64,000 bases of DNA from Fistulifera solaris (Eukaryota). Below are positions 1 through 13,141 of this stretch, in pieces (within the stretch, counting starts at the first letter, position 1; every line of letters begins with the position of its first letter). Where the stretch lies: contig AP026135.1 of assembly GCA_030295235.1 (NCBI GenBank), positions 496,001 to 560,000 of the forward strand, read 5' to 3'. The translations under genes were made by a program, and so were the position numbers. Under the pieces are notes generated by a model. That model was not told where the DNA came from and did no database searches. It was given only the letters and a program-made list of their open reading frames with translations.

Positions 1-2558
1 TTGACTTCTTGGTATGGCAGTTCAGCTGCTAGGCGTTGGACGTTCAACGCCGAAGAAATATTGGATTCAGCCGCCTCCTGCAATGACTGAGTAAAGCTGA
101 CAGTTGCAGCACAATTGTAAACATGCGTAATGAACGGTTCTTCTTTTAGCTGTTCAAGGCTTTCCGCGGCCAGACCAGCGTTTGCCTGGCTTATGTCACC
201 CGGCATGACAACAATGGCTGAGAAAAGGTCATCTTTGGGCACGCACGAAAAGATTGGATTTTCGAGCAAGCGATGTATCCTCTCGTCGGAGGAAAGGCCC
301 CCTTCGGCCGAACTATGACATAGATTCGTTTAATAGAGTATTGTCGTCGGCGGCAGAGCAATTCACGGAGAATCGTCGAACCAACGAAACCGGTAACACC
401 TGTTAATAAAACGGAACGTTCCGTGTCGCCGGTATCGAAATCAGAATGAGTTTCATCGACGACGTCGACGAAGTTTAGATCATCCAAATTTTTAGTCACT
501 GTTGAAGGATGCTTGGACCCCAAATCGAACAAATATGAATATTTTGCGAAAGCGTTGGAACTTTCGAGGTAAAAGGAGGCCATTTTCAAACGTAAAAACT
601 GCGTCGCGAGGATCGCAGTAGCAATGACACACACCATGACAGAGAATAGTATGGTGCAAACTTTTACCAGGAAAGTGCTGAAGCCATAGAATATGGAGAA
701 AATGAATGAAAAGGCAACCCATGAGCGAAATGAAAAAGCAACGTTTTTGGCTTTCATAGTCTTCATTCCTACCCCGGCCCCGAAATTGCTTATGGATTGT
801 GGTAGATTGTTGATCCAGTGTGATGATATTCGATGTGCCCCATTGGACACGGGCAAATACATAATTCGTTTCATAACACTGTAAGCGCGCGGGCATTTCT
901 CGGACTCCCCCTATGCAACGGAGCTGCGATGCACCTTGCGTGGCATCAATTCCATGGTTCGTCAAATATACACAAAGATCCTGCACATTGTTAGCAAGTA
1001 CAGGGAAAAGCCAACATGCGTGAAAGTAGGAAGGATCCAGAAAGCGTGGGACTCTCACATCTGCTTGATGCCGGAGAACGTCGGCCAAACGTCCACAATG
1101 CCGTCGACGCGCCGAAATGAGTTCAGCTGTGCCTTTTCCCTGCTTCATACGGCGAATCAATAAAGCAAGCAAGCTAGAACACGGCATAAATCTGATCTGG
1201 GCCATGTAGTCACCTCTCACTTCAGTCGAGCTTTTGAAGCCACGAGTAAGGGCTGTAGCGAAAGTATCGAAGTCCAAGCGAACGCTTCGAAAGAATGAAA
1301 CCAACAGTCCATAAATGACGGGATGGTCCGTAACTAGTCGAATAAGTAATGCTTTGCAGACTTTGGAGAAGAAAACTGCATAGGACTGGCGATCGGGGTA
1401 GCAAGCTGAAAACAGACGCTTCATAGATTCATGCGTTTCTTTGTCGCGCACGATAGCCACGCCACCGCCCAACGCTGTCGCCGTTTTAATGAAACCGAAA
1501 GAGAAAAGAACAATATCCGAATATGGACTCCCGAGGTAAGTGCCGGTATCGTTTTCAGTCTCTGGAAGCCCACCAAAGCACTCCGCACAGTCTTCAATTA
1601 ATTCCACACCGCGACTTCTACAAACCGTGTGTATCCTTTGCATATCTTCCGAGCTCGCCGTTAGCATTCCAAAGACATGAACGACAATAATGGCGACCGT
1701 TTTGTCTGTTATCGCGTGTTCCACTGCATTCATATCCACCAATATGAAAGGCCTGTCTCCGTTGTGTTCTGGGATATCAACAGGGACGACTTCTAATCGA
1801 TGATGTCGTAAGACCTCTTCGATTCCGGGAACTGTAATAGGCGGACAAATGATAATTTGCGATCCCGAAGGAAATCGTTTTGTGCGTAAGTACAGATCGA
1901 GAAGAGTCCTAGCAGAAAATCCAGGTATTACTCCAACATTCTTCCCCACACTTTGCTGCCATAAATCAATGATTTCTTGTTCGTAGTAACTAGTATTCGG
2001 GCCGAGATTGAGAGACGAAAACAGACAGTGCGTGGCTGCAAACAAAAGATCGCTGTAAGCAATATCCAAATGTCCTCTCGGAATGATGCCGACATGGCTT
2101 TGCGAGGTTTCGGTAACAGTCTTATTTTGCACAGAGCGCCTGTCCGAGCTTGCCGACGTTGCGATACTCCGGTCATCCATAACTCGAGGAGAAGTGGACC
2201 TATCTCCGCTTCGCAGATGATCAACAAGTCGTTGCGCTTCTTGACCCACACTGTTGTGTGTCTGTTGCGCCACTAAATCTATATAGTTTTGCATGGCCTC
2301 TATTTTTGAGAGGTTCGAGCATTCCATCCAAGCCTTGTGCTTTGCATGTGCCTTCACGCGGTACACAGGCGGTGGTTCCGCTTCACAGGCACCATTTCTG
2401 ACGCGCTTGAAAAGTCCGTAAAGTTTCAACTTGGTGTCAGTCGAAATATTATTATCGTCGTTAGGGGTTTCGTTCGACTCCGAGACCAGGCGAGAAACGG
2501 TTTCAAAAGTTGACGCCAACTTATCGCTTTCCACTACGTTTTCACCGGGGACAGACAT
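1..2558 (-). CDS. Multidomain protein: acyl-CoA-binding domain + DegT/DnrJ/EryC1/StrS PLP aminotransferase + 2 TM helices + fatty acyl-CoA reductase (NAD_binding_4) domain; runs off the window start; 2 apparent frameshifts
   Basis: ACBP motif KLKLYGLFK..NG.C....P......A.AK..AW...LSK.EAM..YI.LV; DegT motifs AIIVVHVFG, LIEDCAE, SFGFIKTATALGGG (PLP Lys). Removing one base of the C5 run at 907-911 gives ...CPRAYSVMKRIMYLPV, joining ORFs 492..2558 and 191..874. Rossmann VLLTGVTGFVGS follows. Adding one base at the C5 run 298-302 continues as ERIHRLL..VMPGDIS..GL..THVYNCAATVSF..AAESN. Confidence 0.85.
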
Positions 2559-4043
2559 TTGATTTCTAGTATCATTAAAAGGAAGAATTAATGCTGAATG
2601 ATAGTAGCGTCTCGGTTGAACTCTTTTCTACTACTTGATGAAGGAGCAGCAAGGTGAGGACTGAGATTTTGCTTGGATCTACGTACCAGTATCTATCGCG
2701 TCATCTTCTTGTCCGTTGTCCGTGAGGGCGGTTCATGTACAGACGAAAAAGTGACGCATAAAACAGGACTAAAATGTGAATAAATCTTAGGGTTACCGCA
2801 AGGTTCCTTATTCCTATAAGTACAGTACCGTACTAGGTACCGTCCTGGTACGTACCAGGTACGGTATAATTTGGACAAAAATAATAAAGTAGTACGTCAC
2901 ATCCATAACCGGAAGACGGGACCCACACCGAACTGTCGATTACCGATTACTATTGTTCAGAGTGATGAAGAAAGAGCCTATTCGACTTAAATGTTCGGCT
3001 AAATTTTTACTCCATAGCATTAAAAGTACAAGCCTTAGCTTCTCGTCTCTCCTCTCTCCTCTCTCGTCGATCGTCCATCGTCCCTCTGCAGCTCTTCAGT
3101 AACGTTCTACAAGTACCCGTACCGGTAGTCTCTCATTCGGCGACCAAAAGGAAAGACGGGACTGAAATCTTACCAGTAAGTCTTACGTCACGGTCATTGG
3201 TTAAAACGTCACAGCAAAGGTCACTGTTCCTGCGTTCTTTCCTGTCATTGCTGTACTGTCGATAAGATTTCCAAGTTCTTGTACACTATTGCCTACGAAC
3301 TTGACGTAACCTTGATTTACGAACACAATCCCAAACCTTTAGGATCTACCAGGTACTCGGAGTATTTTTTTATTACCCCATACCCAGGTACCCCCCCCCC
3401 CGGAGTATTTTATTGTGTGTTCCTAATTTCCTAAAGTCCGAATGAAATTTTGACACTTAACCTTGATTACTGATACGCCTATTGCCGAAACGTAAAACGT
3501 GAATGCCGCTTTGCCCTTGAAGCTTTCCTTACTACACAATATCTTTATAGAACCCAGAGTTTACTAGCAAAACCGGAAAAGTTCAACAGTTCACAATAGA
3601 AGTGAATGTACTACGACGTGACAACAACAAATGATAATCGATACGTTCTATGTAAACCTGTACATTTGATCTTAGTGTAACAGACACTCGTCATAACGTA
3701 GAACATAGTTCAATAATTTTTGACAAGCCATGTGCCAGGTATTCGGCATTCGGTAAGTGTTGTTCATACAGAGGTGTACAATACCAGTGGCATTTGGTAT
3801 TCCGAAGTCTATATGCCATCGATCGTAAAGATGAACGCTGTTTGCTCTCTGCAATACATATCAATCCATAGTCAAAGTTAAACTGGCATTTGTCTAATCG
3901 TAAAGAAATAGTGAAATGACTCTTTACTGGTCGTCGAAAATAATGGACGCGATCAACATGAAAAACCGGGGCCAGAAGAACCCAGTCTCTCGTTTCAAAT
4001 TTAACTTTTGCATTTTGACAAAAAGTCAAACAATAAATAAGCA

Positions 4044-6156
<2,113 letters not shown>

Positions 6157-6390
6157 GTAATCGCTTTTTCCAAGAAGTTGTTGCAGTATTCTCATAATAT
6201 GTAAAAGACGTGTCACGATGGCATGGGAGTCTGATGCGATGCTCACTGACTTCAATTCATAGGTTTATTAATGAAAAGGTTAATTCATAATGCACTAATT
6301 TGATAGCAAAAACATTTATCCAAGTTACAGATAAACGTACTTTTATACACGAAGATCTGCCTCTTGTGACAGCAGTGTTAACTCACTCCT

Positions 6391-7681
6391 TCAGCTCGAC
6401 GTTTCGAGCCTTGATAAATTGGCAGTGGATGTTGATTCTGCTTTATTCTCTTCTACTTCCCCCACTTCTCCATTAAACTTGTCATCTTCTTCAGTTGAAT
6501 TTTCTCGACCCGTGTGCCCTACATCAGTCTCATTAACGAGCGTCCCATCATTCGAAACGTTCAATTGCCTGTCATCATCTTTCTCGTCCGCAGAACGGTT
6601 ATCTTCCACGGAATCGTTGTCACTAACAGTCTTATTTGTACGAGTCGTTTTGGTGCTTGGGTTGACCGATTCCGTTCCATTCTCCAACGGCTGCAATTGC
6701 TGCGGCAATCTCCATTTGATGTACCGACCCTTCTCGGCGGTCCTCGTGAATCCCACCTTGACCATGGCATTCGTAATACTCGCCTGATAACTCTTGGCTT
6801 CTAATTTGGTCAGCATCTGCTGTGACCACTTGGCGAACCGTTCCGATGCGGCAATCCAATCCATGACTTCCGCTCGCTCCAGATCACCCGATTTGGCCGC
6901 CAAGCCGTGCAATTCGGGCGATTGGGCAGCGGCCATGACGGCCCGTACCGAAATGGTGGAACCGACGAACTGGTGTTTGCGTTCCCAGACGTTGGTGGCA
7001 ATGGCCGTGTTGAATTGTTCAAGGAGTTCGTCCGTACTCAACAAATCTAGCTCAGCCTGGAGTCCACTGAATCCGCGTCGCTTTTTCGAAGGGGGACTAT
7101 CAGCGCTGTCGCCGTCACAGTTGTCCATCAGGATAGGCTTGGCATTGCTGGGTATACTTATGGCTCGATATTCAGGATGTAGAGGTCGTAAGAAGTAGAA
7201 GCAAAGAGACGAGGCCTTGACCGCAGTGCGGTCTTTGATTACAATCGACTGGTCTTTTTCCACTTTACGTCCTTGCACAAAAAGTCCATTTTTACCTAAA
7301 CACGTAATAGTAAAAAAGGGCTTGTCCAGATCGATATTCTCTGGATTTATCAATTCACTGCTCTCCAAACTGTTATCCCACTGAAAGGCTTCCGAGGAAG
7401 ACGTCTGCCCCACCGACCTCCCTTGCTCCAGTAATCAATCCGAAAATGTTCTCGCGAAAAAAGTTTCAAGGTCCCGATCCCAAAGAAGTGATTCGGTTCG
7501 GCAGCTTCATGATCGCGGCCAAAATAGCGGGCAATCGCGTGACGGGTATCGTCACGCGCTCGCTGTTCGAGTCGTCGTCGTCCTCGCGCACCAGAAAGCC
7601 GTCGATCAAGCAATAAGCATCGACTGCGGTAGATCCGCCTAAGGTTCGTTTCTTAGTTGTGTCTTCGGTCATGTTCTGCAT
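6391..7681 (-). CDS. FHA-domain protein with acidic C-terminal tail (2 apparent frameshifts)
   Basis: Joining ORFs 7466..7681, 7350..7613 and 6391..7413 gives LPAILGRD...LFSREHFRI...FTITCLGKNGLFVQG, i.e. the FHA GR, SRxH and NG motifs. Confidence 0.7.
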
Positions 7682-8267
7682 AACAATGATTGAACATTGA
7701 ATGCTAGTGTCTTACAATTATGAAATGGATCCTTGTTTTTAGGAAAATACAGGTTCCGTACTTGTACAAGTATCTGCGTCTGCGATGCCTATTGCGCTCG
7801 TTGTCTGTCCGTCGCAACGCCACAAAGAAAATACAAACAACCCAGTCCCGTGACAGTCTTAACCAAGAACTATATTCTCCACAGCTTAGAAGCAAAGTGG
7901 TATCGTTTCTCATGGCACAATGAATGTGCACTTTCCATTCTTTGCCTTACCTGGTAATAGATCTAGTGCTCGTCAAGATCAGTTGTTTTTTTGCTTTCTT
8001 GTTTTTATTGAAGTCAAAGCATAGCCGAACATGACTGATTTCAGACATGATTGTTGAATTCCCTTTTACTTTTTAGCTTTCAACAATCACTCTAAAATAA
8101 TCATCAATTAACTTTTCCGAAATACTAATCACGAACCTTCTTTAAAACGTTTGAATATCGACGACCCATGTGACCGTCAGCAACCAGTAGAGTGACCAAA
8201 AACGGAAGCGACCATTCGGATGAACACTCCAGTCAAAAGTCACTCGTTTCTTCCATCTGTAATTTTA

Positions 8268-9316
8268 TTAAGAGACCGACTCTACAACATCAAAGTTGAC
8301 ACGAGAAGTGATCATAGACAGTAGCTGAACATTCAACATGGAATAAATCGGATCATAAAAATGCAACCAATCCCAGTAATACGATTCCGGAACCAATGCT
8401 GTCCATCTCACGTCCATACAATAATCCGTGAGATTACACAATTGGCGTTCGTACTCTTCCCACGTTGGCTCGGTGCGTGTCTTTGGTTTGGTGGTGGTCT
8501 TGAACATGCTCGGGATGTGACACGCCTGCAGTGCCCCGACGATCTGTCGTTGCAACCCAACATCTTTCAAATCGTGATCCGTCCACAAACCGGCATTGAA
8601 AATGAAAAGTGATGGTTTTGGAGACAAATGACACACAAAACTCTGAATGGCGTCGACCCAGTTGGCATCCTGGTGCACAAAGTTCAATTCCGCCGCACTT
8701 TTTACTAAAGTATGTTCCTGATGCACTTCCGTGACGTTCCAATTGCTTTTGAACGGCAATTTCCCAAATTTTGCAAGTACGTGACACGATTGTTGCGGAC
8801 AGGGTCGTGATAGTACCGGTTTTCAATGAGCGTCGTCAGGTTGAATTCGCGGAAACAATCGCATTGCTCGTACGGGTGAAGAGCGGATTTTGTAAAATTG
8901 TAAAATTGCGTCCAACCGTTCCGGTGCGTCTTTTCCACGACCATGTTGGGTCGATCGTCGGGTGACGGCCACGTGCCATTGTGAGATAAGAAATAGACGA
9001 GATCCAAGTACTGATACCGTGTCAACGAGTCTCCCATAAAGAGTATATTGAGGTTGCGAGGCACTGGCAGATTCTGTAACTGAACGAGTTCTGCTAAGTT
9101 CGAAAACGACTCCAGGCTATCGGTGATATTAATCGAAGGAAAGGCTCCTTCGAAAGGGGAAGGTTGTTGATTGACGTGCGCTTGTTCGACAACGAAAGCA
9201 GTTGGAAGGGCGCCTTCCCTCCCTAACCGACACAAGGTAAACGAAACGGAAGCCAAAACCGAAAGAATCAGCGTAATGCGTTTACTTATTCTTCTGGGTG
9301 GGGTAGATTCACTCAT
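8268..9316 (-). CDS. Type II membrane SGNH/PC-esterase-like protein (putative polysaccharide O-acyl transferase/esterase); 1 frameshift near 8760
   Basis: N-terminal TM, ILFMGDSLTRYQY (GDS), FNAGLW and C-terminal DWLH (DxxH) across ORFs 8705..9316 and 8268..8759. Confidence 0.65.
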
Positions 9317-10098
9317 GAGATGTTCATAAAGCTCGAAGGTTGGCCCCCGAAACGAAATGCTGCGGTCGTTGCAAATGGAAATATTCTAAAGATGAACTGC
9401 GCGTGAAGAAAATGACCGCTATGACCAGTTCTGTGACTTTGGCAGGGAGTCCAAATCGTACTATCATCCAAAGTGTAAACAGCTTTTTACCCCGAGTTGC
9501 TCTGAGAACACACTCGGAGTAACTTCATTACCAGGTACCGGTACCGTACCTGGTAGGGGGTGACTATGTACCTGGTATTTTGTTGTTTCGTACAAGGAGT
9601 CCGTTCTTTTTTTTTGCACCAGCGATAATCTTGATAACTTCTTCGTAAAGGCGCATGGGACACGGAAAGGCAAGTCATGACTGATTGTTGGGAAGAGATG
9701 ATTTGTTTTGCAAAAAATCTCTTCAAGAATGGGTGTAATCATTATTTATTCGCATTGAAAAGGAACCGACGAAGAACATCTCAAGCGACAATAGCATTTA
9801 TGAAACTAAAACCGGCTCTTGGTCTATTTTTGCGGAGGGCTGATGGAAGCAGTATACCGCGGTACTTGTAATCTCTAGATTTCGAAGTAGCACTTAACTC
9901 ATGACTAAATCCAGGAAACAGCGTTAAAATTCTGCCTCGTCGTGGACGCTACGTAGAATCTTGTACTGGGAGGCAGAATTTTAACGTCCCTCCCAGTCGG
10001 AAGGCGACACTAGCAGAGCACGCAATGCGACGACGAAAAAAATTCACGAGGAAAAGAGAAACAATTTCGTTTTCACAAAAAGTCCAGTGTAATAACAA

Positions 10099-11033
10099 AT
10101 GATTGTTGACGATTTGCTACAACTCTCGTTCGGCGGACTGCAATTGTTCTTTCTATTTCTTCTGTATCAAATAGCCGGGTCCATTCCCTCGTTGTTTCTC
10201 GACCGTCAAGGCTGGAGGCATCGATGTACGGGAGGCATACATTTGCTGTTGTTAGTCGCGGGCTGCCTTCCACGCGATTACTCGCATTCTTATTTTATTT
10301 ATGATGTAGTCTTGGGATGCAGCGGCATGCTTCTCACGTATACAGCGGCGCAAGACTTTCCGCATCGTACCATTCGCAATGCTCCGGGGCAATCAGGAAC
10401 ATTGTCCGAGAAGGCGACCGTGACCCAAACGGAAATGATGGAGCATTTGTTTTATCAGTTTCTCAATCTATGGCAAGCTCTGTATCTACATAGTATCGCG
10501 TATCTATCGCAATCTGGGTTGCGCTGGTGCGCCTTGCTGATGGTGACAGCTCCCTGGTATTTCCGACATTATTTCCCCGTGCACTCCTTTCAACAAAATT
10601 GGCAAACCACACCTTTACATCAACGCACTCCTATCGAAACGATTTTGTACAAGATCAAAAAGGACAATATCTATTTTACAAGCATGTCGTATTACACGGT
10701 CTCAACTTGACACTGTGCCTGACGCCAGTGGCAATGACGAACACTCCCGAGTGGAGAATCTTTTGGTTGTGTCTCAACACCAGCTACGTTATGGAATTCT
10801 TTCTACAGAGTCTCGTCAAACGTCGTCATATGGATCAATCTACGATGCTGATACTCAACCGATGGCTCATGTTGGTGTCCAGCGTGGCCTCACTGCGTGC
10901 CGTGCTGACCGTAGTGCGGTGGGATTTGTGTGCCTTGTCGTTGCTTCTTCAATTTAGGAATCGTCATCATGATGTGTTCAATACTATGCTAATTGCTACG
11001 GCAGTGATTGCCGTACATCAAGTGGGCTTGTAG
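10099..11033 (+). CDS. Multi-pass membrane protein of unknown function; frameshift at the A-run near 10660
   Basis: ORFs 10099..10710 and 10527..11033 join (..LYKIKK/GQYLFYKHVVLHG..); several hydrophobic segments. Confidence 0.6.
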
Positions 11034-11077
11034 TTCCTAATGTAAATAATGAAATATGAATTAGCTCATCGTCAATA

Positions 11078-12411
11078 TTATTGCTTGGGTTGTTGCTGTT
11101 CTTTCAGCCACTCGATGAAAAATTGCATCGACTCCTCTCCTTCCGGCACAAAACTTGACAAGAATGTAAAGACGTGACACATGTACTTCCACACACCCAA
11201 TGTGACCGGGACACCGTACGAGCGCGCCGCGTTCACCAAATCAATGGCATGATCGTACACGGCTTCGTGTTCCGACGTCACAACACACAGAGGAGGACAC
11301 CCAGCGAAGGATCGGTAAATCGGAGAATGATCGCGCCGCGACCCGCCCATGTGTGTTTCCAGATACGGTAATCCGGATTCGAGGACGCGGGGATTGACAA
11401 TCAAATCATGAGTTGCGTTAGTTAGTAACGATCCCCGGGGGGTGGTGTAATCCGCAAATGGTCCCAACAAGACAGCGCCAGCCGGTACTGGAGTGCCTTG
11501 TAGAATCGAGGAAAGATAATCGGGAAGCGTCGATCGACCATGCACTGTCTCCGCCACACTCTGACACAACCGCGTCGCGAGACCGGCTCCCGACGAGATG
11601 CCCAATACGAGCACCTTCATTGACTTTCTCTGCAAAGTCAACCAATGATAACCCAATGCTACATCCCATAACATATCCTTCATTTGGACTTCCGGTACTA
11701 AACGATGATGCACAAGCAAGACATCCATACCGGTCTCCCGGCCGACACGTTCGGCGGGTCCGAGGTTGCCTTCCATGTCGCCCGCGAGAAAGGCACCCCG
11801 TAGATCCACAATAAGGTGTATTCCGTGGGTTCATCCGCGACATGAACGTACAATCCCCGGACATGCCCATGTTGATCGGGAGGAACATGGCATGCAATAT
11901 GCTCGTCAATGACTTCGACGCGAGAGAGTACGGGATGTTTCGACCAAACGGACAGCTGGGACAGCGAAAAGCGCATCCGCTCAATCGTCACCGGAATCAT
12001 CCGTCCCCACCAAGCCAGAGTAGTCATGGCGTGATATTCCAGCGATGCATCGGGATGAATTCCGGTCTTTCGACCCAAGAACCGTTTGTGAAGAGGAAAG
12101 TAGACATTCCATGCGGCAAAGGTCAACTTCTGGCGCAGACGGAGAGGAATGGACTTCCAGAGACGCTGGAAATAGGGTTCCCACCATCGGACGAGCAAGC
12201 GATCGAGGAAGTGAATCACCCAAAGAAGTGTTTGGTTGTTGGGAGAAATAATATTTTGTCCCAAATTCAAATTGAGACCACGATTGATGTCTTCGAGAGG
12301 ACGTTTCGGGTAGGGGAGAGTGGAGGTGCAGCATTCAAAGGAGGCCATAGCATTCGTTGTCGTTCCCGTGAACTCACAGTTGCTGGCCTCGTCTCGTTCT
12401 TCCGGAGGCAT
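11078..12411 (-). CDS. Alpha/beta hydrolase (HSL-like esterase/lipase); 1 frameshift near 11797
   Basis: LLWIYG(G)AF oxyanion motif, GISSGAG nucleophile elbow, SPIY, MCHVF catalytic His. Confidence 0.75.
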
Positions 12412-12797
12412 TTTTTCAACAAAGGCTTTGCAAATAATCAGTCACAAATGTGAAACATCGATAACAATTGTCGTCAGAATTAATTTTAATTGACAATGGC
12501 GGCAGTTGACGCCAAGCTGTCGGAACTTGCCGTGTTCGAAACATGAGAAAAAAAAGTTTAAGTACCAGGTACCGGTACCGGTACCGGTACCAGTTCCGTA
12601 CAAATATTACTCATGTTCGAAAAGTGAGGGCGCGTAACCAATTTCGAAAAGTACTGCACACGTTCTGGTTAGTTGATCTTCTGTTAAAGAAATGTAATGA
12701 AGTGAGTACCGTACCTGATACCGGTAGCTACTGTATCAACGCCAACAGCAATGGTTTAGTACCGGTAAGTCGACAGGAGGGATTTATTCGAAGGAGA

Positions 12798-13097
12798 TGC
12801 AATGCCCAGGATTAACCTGAACCTTATGCAGTTAAGAATCACGGCCTCTAACCCTATCGGGCCGAGACCAAGGATAACATTCCCACTTCGGATCCTGAAC
12901 CCGTGTGGGAATCCTCTGTGGGAGTCTACATCACAACTCCCACGACTGGTGGGAATTGAATCTTGAACTCCCACGACCGGCGGGAGTCCTTTTCCGATTA
13001 GATCGACTTTTGTGAAAACTTTCATTCGAATAGTTTACAAAGCGTAACTCTTCTCATAATTTTCATTTATCTGCAAAACTTCATTGTAGGTAACGCA
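12798..13097 (+). repeat. 5' LTR (300 bp)
   Basis: TGCAATGCCCAGG...GTAGGTAACGCA; matches the 3' LTR apart from one G indel seen by eye; followed by PBS-like TTCTGATCAGAGC. Confidence 0.95.
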
Positions 13098-13141
13098 TTC
13101 TGATCAGAGCAAAAATTCCTACGTAAATTTTTTTTCAGAAA

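Noticed and set aside
12756..13025. Duplicated ORF MKVFTKVDLIGK (also 17738..18061)
   Set aside because: Incidental frame within the two LTR copies.
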